The position numbers and the translations under genes were made by a program. The notes under the pieces were generated by a model, which had not been told where the DNA came from, did not search any database, and saw nothing but the letters and a program-made list of their open reading frames with translations. A stretch of 63,959 nt of DNA, counting the filler, from Collodictyon triciliatum (lineage: Eukaryota), in assembly GCA_043381765.1 (NCBI GenBank). It is 4 parts of 4 records of this genome, joined end to end, with 100 filler letters (N's around TTAATTAATTAA, not from the genome) between each part and the next. Parts side by side here need not be neighbours in the genome. Positions count along the whole stretch, not along the records: positions 22,613 to 45,107 come from JBHJMP010001147.1; positions 45,208 to 62,062 come from JBHJMP010001154.1; 2 more parts are not named here. One strand, given 5' to 3'. Shown here piece after piece: positions 38,401 through 50,381 of this stretch; position 1 is the stretch's first letter; every line of letters begins with the position of its first letter.

Positions 38401-40908
38401 TGGCTCAAACCAAGGCTGAAGTCGTCACAGTAAAAGCTCAGTTGGAGAAGACTACCTCTGAGCTCATCCATAACCACGGTGCAGTCGCAGCCGAGCTTGC
38501 TCAATGCATGGCACAAAATACAGAGCTTGCAGGAAAGCTAGCACAATCTCAAGCCACCGGCAAGAACCTCGAGGAGCAGTATAAGCAATCCAGTGTGGAA
38601 TGGAATCAGAAGAGCGAAGGACTATCCGCCGTCGTTCTGGACCTAGAGACAAAGAACAATAATAATGACGAGCTGATCCGTCAATTGCGGGAGCAAATTG
38701 CTACTCTTGAGAGAGAAAAGAAAGACCTGACATCACAAACATCCTCTGAAATATCTTCCCTGAAAGATAACCTCCAGAAAACACAGGAAGAGTTGACCCG
38801 TGAAAAATCTGCGCGCAATATTTACGAAGAATTCAAAAAATTCGTAGAAGTTAACATCGCTGTTGTCAAGGTCGAATCTATTCAGAGTACCGCCAACGAC
38901 TTGCCACGGCTTCTCGAAGATATACGTAACCACTCTCACTCTGTGGAGGTTGAAAAAATCGGTATTCCAAAGATGCAAGAGAAAATCAGCAAGTACCACA
39001 TGGAATTGAGCAATTTCCACGGTCCAATAGGGTCTAAAGAACAAGAAAAAATGCAAGAGCTTGAGATTCTTATTCAACAATACAATATCGAGCTCAAAGG
39101 CCGCTATCGTCGCCAGTCAATCTCCTCTGCTGACCTGTGGCTGTCCAAGATGGAGAAGCTCATAGTGGAATCATCACCAAGCTACTCTGTAAAGGATTTG
39201 GAGCCACGCTTGAAAGAGATCCACTCGCACTTGCAAGGAGCTACGAACGTATTGTTTGATATGCGCCACACATTGGCGCGACTTGACCAAGATTACACTG
39301 ACAAATCACAAGAGAACGATGGTGTATTCCAATTAATGAAAGGTTCTAACTTGCTCAAGTACAAGAGCGGTGGAAAAGGTACATTAAGAATAAATCGTTT
39401 TACGTATTATTGCAGTCATTTTTACACCTCTTATTATCAACAAGCTAGCAGCGATTCAACGAGCTTGTTTCAAATATAATATCATACTAGGTGTCCCTCA
39501 CCGCCGCAAATTCTTTTTACATCTGTTTGACAATGCAACAATCTTCTGGAGTTTGGGAGATGTGTCACAAAAGGATGCGGGAATGTTCCAATCAACTGAC
39601 TACAGACAAGGTAAATGCAGATGATTTATCGTGCTCCGTAGCATCCCTATGTTTCATGGTAAAAATGATACATTGTAGACTATTCATGTACTCGCATATT
39701 GTAGCCATCGTAACTGACGTAAAGGGTGGCCCCAGCAAACAAGTGAGAGACTGTCAGAATCTTACTTCTGATGTGGAGGCTCTTTCATTCACTGTGTACA
39801 CTTCCACCCGAGTTTTGGATTTGATTGCACCTGACCATGAAACATACGAACTCTGGACTACTGTCCTGCTCAGAGTGCTGGAGAACTTCCGAAAGGGTGA
39901 ACAAACATAGTATTTCTTTCCTGTAAAATGTATTCTGTTCTCAGTTTATCTTTGTAATTGTGTAGGATTCATTGGGTCATCTCAGAATGTACGGTTGAAA
40001 GCTGAGCTCATGCTCAAGGAAGATGTGCAATCCAGCTTCGAGTAATTCATTCTTAGAATCAATATGGTTGCGGAGCCAGAATACATCTGTTTAACACATA
40101 TTGAAACCAGACTGCATTATATATCGGCAATTTTTTTTTTATTGATTTTATATTCATACATATATTTAAAAACTGTAATTTGTAATAAATATAATTCAAG
40201 CCCGGAGTTAGCTCGTCAAGCGATCGCTGAGGAGGAGGGGCGCAAAGAAATGGAAAAGAAACAAGCCCTAGAGTCTATGAGCTCAACCCTCAAATCCCGC
40301 CGTACCAGCATCATTCCCGCTGTATTCTTTGGTACGCCAATACAATTTAACATAGCTTAGACCCTTGCATACATAGGTAATTAAAATAAAAATTTGGCCC
40401 TCGCTGGAATTGAATAAAAAAAAATTCCAAAATGATAGGTGGCAACATCCCGAAAGAAGGCGAGGGCAGCGAAGGAGGGCCCAGCAACTATCGCCGAGGC
40501 TCCACACTCGACCCAACCAAAGGGCAGCCTCTTGGACACACACAGTTCAAGGACATCGTCATTGAAGAGGATGAGAAGCCTGGACAAGACTCCAAGGAAA
40601 GCAACCCAGACCAAAGCAGCCAGGTAGATGACGATGACAATAGCGACAGTGGCGCACCTGAAATCGTTGTTGAGCAGGACGATGACGCTGCACCTGGAAG
40701 TAAATCAGACTCAGGAAAACAAGATGACAGCATTTCAGGCACCACCAGAACCGAAGGCGGAGCCGATGCAGAAACCGATGAAGCTGCAGCTGAGGAAACA
40801 ATCTCACCTCTCTCTTCCACACAAACCTCTGAGAGTGGAAAGAAGGACCCGGGTCGCCGCCGGTCCCTCTTTTCCAATTTGAATCCCTTTGGAGGAAAGA
40901 AGGATTAA
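35498..40908 (+). CDS. Actinin-type actin-binding protein: CH1-CH2, long coiled coil, PH domain, acidic tail
   Basis: CH1: LQTK|TFTAWANSHL...LTEDLKDGLLFISLVEVL...IVDGNRKMLLATLWALIRHFHI. CH2: LLEWVQQQVAPY...VTNFTS|SFQDGLAFCALVD. Coiled coil ~37210-39300. PH: MKGSNLLKYK..G|VPHRRKF...LSFTVYTSTRVLDLIAPDHETYELWTTVL. Ends FSNLNPFGGKKD*. Confidence 0.85.
37425..37930 (+). repeat. Two ~166-bp direct copies (37425-37590 and 37765-37930), each spanning the 3' part of an exon and the start of the next intron
   Basis: Near-identical text, e.g. gattgcatccttgaattcttcaatagccaaagagcaaactga-aagtatgtccaaattaatatattatcaa in both copies; period 340 bp. Confidence 0.95.
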
Positions 40909-42093
40909 GGCCCTCATCAGAAGGCACGTGAAGTCTGGTGTGATTGGAATGAAACAAAACACCAGCGCAATCTCATAAAGTTATCCGGCAAAGGGAGAGT
41001 CTATGGTAGATGTGTGATCCACTTGAAATCCTATTTCGTTAAATGTTTAGTTCCTAAGTATAGAGAAGAAAAATGAGAGCTTTAATGCATCTTGAATTAA
41101 CATAAGATATTGGATATATTTATGTGATATTATTTTACAATTGTCAACCATATTTTTTGGTTTTACTTTATATATATTCTGATGATGGCGAAAAGTGTCA
41201 GTTAACATGTGTAGAAATAACTGCGCCTGTTTTTCTCCTGTGCAAAAGCTATTGAGCCACTCTAGGTTTTACGGCGAGCCCACTACCTATATGATTCTTC
41301 AACTCTGGTGTCGATTGCAATTGTGGTGTGGGTGGTAAGAAACCGGGTGAGTTTTCTCAGTGAAGAGCCCCCAACAGCGTTTGCAGCGAGGCATCGACAC
41401 AGAGCTTTCTCTGCAGCTTTATTTTCCACTTTGCTCAGGGGTTACCATGTTTTCGAAGTGCATTATGGAACCCAAAAAGAGTTGTCCATTTTCGTGTTTG
41501 GTTGAATGTTTGGAAAGAAAGAAAGAAAATGTGTCGCGCAATGGCCTCTCGGTGAGTAATAATTGCGTGGCGATGACAACTTGTGACGGGCTATGCTATC
41601 ACCGGTCCAAAGTCTATGAGTATGTATTTATAGTTTCCTTTGCCACACCACATCGTCAAGATATCAAGATTCTTCATCAAAGCGTGGCTGTGGTGGCATG
41701 GCTTGAGCGTTTGTTTTGGTCTCGAACAAAAAGGTGACGGGAAACCGTTCATAAAGAAGAGATTGTGTAATTTTCTTTATGAAAGTATATGTAGTGGAGG
41801 AACATGGCTGTGTTTCGTCGGCAGGGTGTGGTGTATTGAAAATAGAAGACAATATCGAATTGGGCTATCTTGAGTCTTCTTATCTTCCAACTCGTCTGGC
41901 TGAGGTTGCTGTGGTGGAGTAATTTCCATAAATGAGTTGCCGTTTGGGTATATATCAACTGCAAAAATGGAATTATCGGCAGGTGTCTGTTTTTTATTCG
42001 CGACACGATGAAAACTGATTCATCCACTCAGCACTTGTAGCCATGCGTTTTGTGTCGAGGTTCTCAATAAACATGTAATCGAAAGGACAAAGA

Positions 42094-44915
42094 ATGCTTC
42101 TTAATCCAATCCGAAGACATATGGACTACAAACTGGTGCGATTGCAATCTTCGCAAAGCCTTCCTCCGCTTCGATGCTCCATGAGTCTGATTAAATTAAA
42201 TTCTCATAAAGATTTACACACATTTACTTTAGAATGAATTTTTTCATTAAATTGGTCATTGTAGCTTGTTTTCACGCACCAAGTTTTTTTATATAATCTT
42301 TCATCAAGGAAAAATAAAAACGAAATTATGAAATATCTCTCTCTAATAGAAAATAACCCTATGGTTCCCCCCGAGCACGCAGTGGAAATTATAAAGAGCA
42401 AGGACAAAGTGTTCATCCATACAGCTGCCGCCTCTCCTCAAGTCCTCCTTCGTGAAATGGCCAAGCGTGCACCGGAGTTAAAAGATGTTGATGTATAGGA
42501 AATCGCAGCTCTAAAAACAAATAACAGAGTTTTAATAACTCCTAAAGAAGCACAATGACCTCTTTAAATGATACTTAGTTATAAATTAGTGTGAATGAAA
42601 TGCTTCTACATGGGTTGATCGATATCTTGTGTAGATTTTCCACTTGCACGTATACGGAGACGCCCCGCACACACAAGAGAAATTTTCATCCAGTTTCCGA
42701 GACAATAGCTTCTTTCTTTCGGAAAAATTTCGTCAGGTTGCGTGCACTGTCGCCTCATGATATTTTGTCTAGCCTTGAAGTGTTGATGGGGATTAATCAG
42801 TTACGGGAAGTGGCTGTTGTCATAGTTTCATCTCGCTTCATCGCTAAATCTTTTTTTATTCTTCCTTCCAATTTCGTGCAGGATAGTTTGATTCTAAATG
42901 AGTTTAATCGAAATCATTTCAGGCCGTCAATTCTGGGCCAGCAGACTTCATCCCCATTTTCATGAGCGGAGTGCCGACCTTATTTCAAAGCAAGCATATT
43001 GAGCTAGATGTTGCTCTTCTTTCGGGTGGAAATAAATTCGTTTTTATGCAGATTCAAAAAGATACCACTTCTTTTATATTTAATAAGTCAATTAAAATTA
43101 TGCCCATTTCCTCCAGAATAATGAGTGAATGCGTTTTTTCAGAGGAGCTTATTGATAATAGTGCAAGCGGTCGATCAATTAAATATGGCAACAATCGTTT
43201 TTGTCCCTCTTTTATAGTCTCACCTCCAGATAAGCACGGGTACTGCTCTTTGGGCACATCAGTTGACTGCAGTGTAGCAGCAGCCAATTCAGCAAAAAGT
43301 GTCATCGCATTGATCAATAAGCATATGCCTCGCACCTTCGGACAGGGAATCATCCATGTAAGTCCTGAATATATGGCCTGTTAATTTTCAGTTTAGAGCA
43401 TTATTGCCCATCTGATGGACTGTATATTTATTCAATAATCGTAATACGCAATTTCCTAAAAGTTTCACGATTTGATCGACTTGTTTACCATGATGAACCC
43501 TTTGCCAGAAGTGATAAGGAAACCAGCCGATGAAATCATTGAATGCATTGGACAAGTGAGTCAGTATCTGAATGGATTATATTTCGAATATTTAACTGTT
43601 GATTTTACATGGATAGCATGTTGCTGATTTGGTGGAAGATGGCGCAACCTTGCAAGTTGGTTATGGAAGTGTCCCTGGGGCAGCTTTGAAGTATCTGTAT
43701 GGTCGGAAAGACCTTGGAATCCATACCGAAATGTTCTCTGACGTAATATGCATTTTATTTAAAAATTCGTGCTATCAAAAAATTATAACAGGCCCAACTT
43801 TAAATGTCTTTCTGCAGGAAATCATTGGTCTCGTTAAAAATGGTGTCATCACCAATATGAAGAAGACTATAATGCCGAGGAAAATTGTTGCCTCATTTCT
43901 AAGTAACTCTAATTTTTATGCCATATAAGGCTTAAAAGTATTCATTTGATTTATTCTTTTGAGAAAAGACTGCAAGTATCTCAAATTTGCCTCAATAGCC
44001 GGCGCGAATGATTTGTATGATTTCGTCGATAACAATCCTGTGCTGGGTATGTGTGGATTTGAAAGAATAAATTCCCACTTAATATCTGCAATCTTTTGAT
44101 TTTTAAAATTCAACAAACCCTGATTCTACAGATATGTACGCTGCAAATTGGACAAATGACCCTGCTATCATTCGCCAGAATGACAAAGTCGTAGCCATCA
44201 ACAGCGCAATCGAAGTTGACTTGACGGGTCAAATATGTGCTGATAGTTTTGGTACCTCGATTTACTCTGGGGTTGGGGGCAAGTAGATTTTGAACGCGGG
44301 GCTGCCCTGGGTCGTGGTGGGAGGCCGATAATTGGTAATTATCTATGAATGTTGTTCTCAACCCTTGATATATTTACTCTATGTTTCGTTTGTTTACTGT
44401 ACGGCTCGTGAAGGGAAACAAAGCAGAAACAAAAACTGACACATCAATATCAATAGCTCTTCCATCACGCATCCACAAAGGAATTCCTCGCATCGTACCA
44501 TTTCTGAAACAAGGAGGTAAGGTGAAATGAATCAATGAAAAGGCTGGGAGCTACCACCCCCTACGCCTTTCTTCAATATTTTTTTGGATTATTCACGGCA
44601 TCAAAACAAAGTCAATAATGCGCAATTATCAGAAAACCATGTTTCCAAATCACTCCAAAGCACTTGGGTGAAAAAAAAAAACATCTGTGTTCAAAAGTCA
44701 CTATCGTACGCTCACTAATCGAGACCCCTCGTGTGGTTGTCATAGCTGGGGTGGTGACCAGCCGTGCGCATGTCTACTGGGTCATTACGGAGTACGGAAA
44801 GGCCTGTCTCTTTGGCAAGAACACACACCAACGCACTGAGGCCCTCATCAATATAGCCCATCCAGAGGACCGGGATGCTTTACGAGCTTACGCGAAATCA
44901 AACCTCCATCTATGA
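42094..44915 (+). pseudogene. Acetate:succinate CoA-transferase / 4-hydroxybutyrate CoA-transferase family gene with frameshifts (pseudogene or consensus errors)
   Basis: Motifs VFIHTAAASP, VSPPDKHGYCSLGTSVD, NKHMPRTFG, DGATLQVG.G, DLGIHTEMFSD (catalytic Glu), AINSAIEVDLTGQ.CADS.G and GVVTSRAHV..V.TEYG. SGVGGQVDF is broken by a G5 run (44275-44279), giving TAG at 44284-44286. There is a second frame anomaly at 43462-43503. Confidence 0.7.
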
Positions 44916-45107
44916 AGCCCGCCCATAAAACTCCCACCCTCCTCTTTTGCAAACACCGCCACATTTCCGTGAATTTTGTGGTTTCTGAAATCCTTGAACT
45001 TGGGCTCGACAAACAATCCAGATAAAAACCAAAAAAAAACAAAAAAACAAAAAAACAAAAAAACAAAAAAACAAAAAAACAAAAAAACAAAAAACAAAAA
45101 ACAAAAA

Positions 45108-45207
45108 NNNNNNNNNNNNNNNNNNNNNNNNNNNNNNNNNNNNNNNNNNNNTTAATTAATTAANNNNNNNNNNNNNNNNNNNNNNNNNNNNNNNNNNNNN
45201 NNNNNNN
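45108..45207. other. Artificial scaffold linker N44-TTAATTAATTAA-N44
   Basis: 12-mer at 45152-45163. Confidence 0.95.
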
Positions 45208-45302
45208 TATTATCCTTGAATATCTTTTTAGGTTCCCCGTATCTCACAAAACCAACCATATTGTCGAAAAAATACATATTTATTATTTACTATCAATTGA
45301 AG

Positions 45303-47682
45303 GTCATATCTGATGCTGTCTATTCCAAATTTGAATTATCTCTCAAGAAAAAGATTCTTGTCGATGAAGTTACAAAGTAAATCTATGCATTTAGTTTCCA
45401 TCGTTTTCTGACCTATCCTTTCATCCTCTTAATTCCTTAAAGTGGATTTGAATAATATTTATTATGATTGCTTATTTCTCATATTTTATTCATTCCTTCC
45501 CTCTAGGGACTTTTTAATAGTGATTTCTAAAGCAACTGACGATGCACTGAACGAGTTTAGACGGGGTGTACAACGTTTGTATTCTTTCATATATGAAAAT
45601 AGCGCAGAGACCATCGTAACAATTTATTTACTTTCAGGACTCTCTCCGACGATGTTTGAATGTAATGCATCTGCTATTGAAGGAAACCTAAAGGCGAGAA
45701 TAGACAGTTACGTTACTCAAGAAAAGAACCACCAACTGACACTTTTTTCTCAAGATAATCAGGTTTTTTTTTTTTATTATTATCTATTTCTTTTGGTTAC
45801 TCATTTGTTGCAAGTTATCTTGAACAGAAAGTTTAAACAAAAATTACGGACACGGTCTAGATGGATGTTGATGATGCCATATCCACATTCCGAGATATTA
45901 CGGATAGTATTGAATCTGGCTTTTGGGGGAAGGTGACAAATAAATACGAAGGGCTCTGTGAGAATTTCCGAGAAACCATCCCAAGCAGGCTTGAGCGTAT
46001 GTTTAAAATGATGCTTGCCAGATATCCATTTCATTATTGATATTTGTAACTTATTTTTCTTTGAAAACAATCACAACATAAATACCTATGCCCTAATGGC
46101 TTTTGATAACCACCGATTAGAGTTTGGAGCATCAGAAGACCAAATTGAAAAAGCTGTCAGCACCACTCTGAAAGATCTTAAAAATGCCATCCGCCAGCAT
46201 CTGAACCACTTCTTAAGTGCGCAAGAGATAGTCACTCGGCACTATAAATTGTATTCTATCAAACATACTTATTATTATTCTTGCCCAAACATGAAAAGAA
46301 TGCACTTTCCAAAAACAATCCATGCTCAAGCGATAAAAAAACCCCTTAATAGTTGTGTATATTTTATTTTATTTTTTTTTTAAAAAAAATGGTAAGAACA
46401 AATAAATAAACGAGTATTCCTTTCCTTCAATCATAGCTTTCACCAAAAATTCAACTATTCTGGAGGCACTGTCCGTATCTGGGACGCCCAAGCTGACGTG
46501 AAGAAGATTTATGATGATGCAAAGAATGAGGTATATATAGATATCCCGTTATATTTCTCTCCCTAGAATGTACTTCACGCTATTGCGAACAGTCTAAAAT
46601 GAGATTCTGCTGAAACTCGACCACATTCTCTGTTTTTTGCGGTGTTTTTTCCCTCTCTTTCAAAAAGACTCTTGAACTATTCGAAGAAATTGTGAACATC
46701 CCTGAACTTCCCGACATTGTGTTTAAGGTTTTTTTTTTCACTCCCTAATACTATGTACGTTAATTCCTTACTGATTGTTTAGTATGTGCGAGTCAAATAG
46801 ACAACATTTTTTTGTAGCTAAGATTATACTAATTTAAATATGTGTCAGACCTCTTTTTCTTCAAGTGAAAAGGACTCTATGAAACAACAATTGCATAGCC
46901 GTATGAGCGAGTCTAATCAAATAGCTGCAAATCAAGTTGTATGAAACTTTTTGTTGTTGACTTGATTCATAGACCACCATTTTGTTACAAACTCAACTAT
47001 TGATCTTTACATATAATTTTTTTTTTGTTGATTTCCAAACGTATGTTCCTACCCTTATTTTGAATTCGTTAGGCCCTTCTGAATGCTCAAAACAAAGTTC
47101 CGTTCTGGGCTATCGTATTGATTACAGTCCTTGGCTTTGATGAGTTCGTGTGGATGCTTACCAATCCTATTGGAGTTCTATGTAATATTTCTTTGTTTAT
47201 CATCTCCACACACAAAAGAAAGAAAAAGAAGTTTTCTTGCTTAAAATTTTATGATTTGAATGTAAACAAAAGATAGCAGGACGCCTTTTCTTTTCCTTTC
47301 ACACCCAACCAAAACACAGCATCCCAATCCCGTCCCCGTCCTTTGGTTAAGCTTCATTAACTCAAAATTAATTTGATGCCACAGTCCTTTTGATTGCTGC
47401 CGTTGTCGGTTACATTTTTTACACCATGCCACCCGAGATGAGAACAATAGCATTGAATTCTGTAAGGAAAAAAAAAGAAGTAGAAACGAAAAGAAAATAT
47501 TCAGCCATTTGTTAAACTTAAGGCATGCGGCACTCGATTCAGAATTTAAAATCAATATATGTTTTCTTTAACTTGTGTAACAACCTATTTGCCTGCTTCA
47601 AATGCCGCCACAGGGAATGACCGGCGCAAAGAGTATAGCCGACTTTGCCGCCTCCCAAATCTTCAAGAACAAACGCGATTAA
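45303..47682 (+). CDS. SEY1: Sey1/RHD3 ER-fusion GTPase, C-terminal part (GTPase domain lies off the scaffold)
   Basis: Spliced exons give FFHQKFNYSGGTVRIWDAQADVKKIYDDAKNE and KVPFWAIVLITVLGFDEFVWMLTNPIGVLFLLIAAVVGYIFY (Sey1-type hairpin TMs). The C-terminus KNKRD* is a KxKxx ER-retrieval signal. Confidence 0.85.
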
Positions 47683-48512
47683 GAGTCCAAGACCGCAGCC
47701 CGGTTGGCTTTAGTGAGAACTACCTAGACCGCAGAAGGCTGAATAAAAGAATCGCCCCTGAAACGACTCCGCCCCTGCGCACAACCCACATATAGTTCCG
47801 GCTGAGTTGAAAGATTTTTGCCCCACCTCCGAGCGAAGCTCTTCAACCATCTGACCATATCTCCCTCTTCTTTTATCTTCCATCTTTCTGCTTTCTTTTT
47901 CTTTTCTGCATTCTTGCGCGCTGCGTACGCAAAAACAACCCAAACATCCTTTTTAATGGGCCAGACATCCAATGCTGGAACAAACGACACAGTCCCGATT
48001 TTCAACCTCGTTCTGTGGCTGATTGTCAATTATTCTATCAGCGCATGTCCGTTTTACTATTAACTTCTTTTTTTAAGGACGAGAAACCTGATTCACACTC
48101 GCGCAACAACCATGTGGGTATGTGTCCTGGAGTTGTGCGGAAGTCAAAGCGTACGAGCACGACTCACGCTGGTGGCTTCTGGCAGCTCCTCAGCTCCTCG
48201 ACCGTTAGCATTTGAACCCTTCCTAAGATATTCTCGCCCCTTTTTTGTTTCAGTCCTTTTCTGGTTCGATCTGGGCCCTTTTTATGAAATACTTCAGTTG
48301 GTTTTTTCTTTTTCTTTTTGTCAAGTTTTCTGCTCTGTCTTTCAGGTGATATCAAAGCAGCTATTCTGTGTCCGTGTGTAGCTGTAAATGCCTTTCTTCC
48401 ACTGATTAGTCGCAAATAAAACAAAGCCAGCTATGAAAAGGATCTGAAAGTCGGTTACGATGCTATTGAGGCACGCTCCTTTCTAGCATACAAAACACCA
48501 ACTGCAAATTAA

Positions 48513-48599
48513 AATAATAATGACGATAATAAATAATAATAATAAATAATAATAAATAATAATAATAAATAATAATAAATGATAATAATAGTAGTAATA

Positions 48600-48698
<99 letters not shown>

Positions 48699-48732
48699 TA
48701 ATATTAAATAATAAATAATAATAATAATAAAT
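48513..48732. repeat. (AAT)n microsatellite
   Basis: Directly visible, just upstream of the eIF3f ATG. Confidence 0.95.
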
Positions 48733-48756
48733 AACAATAGGAAACCTTAAGGAATC

Positions 48757-50381
48757 ATGAATCGTGACCTTCTCTTCCTTGGTGGCGGCCAAGTCTCTGC
48801 CAAAGTTCATCCTGTCGTACTCTTGTCTGTACTCGATCATCACATTCGCCGCGCACACGAGAAAACCCGCGTGGTTGGAACTCTTCTCGGCCACGTTTTG
48901 GACGGCGTTGTTCACATCCGCAACTCTTTTCCCGTTCCATTCTCAAACAGTGAAGACGAGGTTTTTAATAGCCTATTTTCCTGTCTTACTTTCCTTTTTT
49001 CTTTTCTTTTTCTTTTTAGTTCAGTCCTGCACTTATTTATTTATTTATTTATTCATTCATTCATTTTAATCTATCCACACTCTTTTATGAATGTCGCTCT
49101 CTTCATACATCCACACAGCCACACATTTGCAGTTATGAGGACTCGAAAGACGCGCTGTTTATTTTTTTGCTCCTGCAGATCCGCCTGGACATGGAGTACC
49201 ACCGATCCATGTTTGATCTCTACCAGCGCGTGAATAACAAGGAGGTTGTGGTGGGCTGGTACACAACGGGAGGCAGTCTGGACGAAGACTGCGTTGCCAT
49301 TCAAGAGCTCTATTCCTTGACCACGTCGACGCCTCTTGTGCTCCTGATCGACACAAACATGCTGCATGATCAGCTCGGCATGAGTGCTTTCTCGTCGACT
49401 TCTGTGACCATCGACCAGAAGGCGTGCGGCACTCAGTTCCGCAAGATCAAACTCGACGTCACTGCCTCGGCCTCCGAGAGAATTGGAGGTGAGTTAATCG
49501 GCAGATATCACCGTGTGGGAGTGCGTCCTATTCTCACTACTTTTACCTACCATCAATGCACCCACGCACACGATACAAGTCATCTAATTCCTTCTCTACA
49601 GCATTATTTTCTATCTTTTATCACCTCATGATCCTCGTAATCGTCGAGCGTATTTCTAGTTACTGTTTGATATATCCTTGCTTTTTCTTTCATACATTTT
49701 GTTATTTGTTATTTGTTATTTGTTTTTGTTTTTGTTTTTGTTTTGCACTAAACCTTTGATTCCTAATGAGATTTCCCGTCTGCATTCAAACTGCAATAGT
49801 TGATATCCTCGCTAAAGCCCGCGATTCAGCCGACTATAAATCCTCCGGATCCTCCTCTCTCACCGCAGATACCGAACGCCTTCAAAATACAATTCGCTCT
49901 GTGATAGACCTACTCGACCGTGTCATAGGATATGTGCAAAACGTCCTTGTAATACTGGCCGATTATCATCACACTATCGATTATCTTATATTTATATCGA
50001 TTATTATTATTATTAAAATAGCATTTGTTTCGTATTAAAGAAATGATAACACAATATTCCCAGACTGAGTCTAGTGATACCATAACCAAATTTTGATCTC
50101 GTGATGAATTTTTTTTTTGTGTCTTATATGTGCATATATTCTTTAGAGAAGAAGCTTTTACTAACAATATATTCTCTGATACACAGAACGGCAAAGTTGT
50201 GGGTAATAAATCGATTGGTCGATACCTAGTGGATGTGGTTGGCAAAATCCCCCGCATCGACCCGCAAGCCTTTGAGGAGATGTTCAACAGCAACCTGCAG
50301 GACCTCCTTATGGTTGTCTACTTGTCCAACTTGACCCGCACCCAGGTGGCCCTTGCCGATCGTCTCCAAAGTGTGGCATAG
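48757..50381 (+). CDS. EIF3F: Translation initiation factor 3 subunit F (MPN domain), 4 exons: 48757-48960, 49179-49488, 49800-49948, 50187-50381
   Basis: VHPVVLLSVLDHHIRR...RVVGTLLG...IRNSFPVP, LDMEYHRSMFDLYQRVNNKEVVVGWYTTG and FEEMFNSNLQDLLMVVYLSNLTRTQVAL. All junctions are in phase. Confidence 0.92.

Noticed and set aside
32781-44915. Functional cluster of mitochondrial energy genes (NDUFV2 and ASCT)
   Set aside because: They are separated by an unrelated cytoskeletal gene; two genes do not support clustering.
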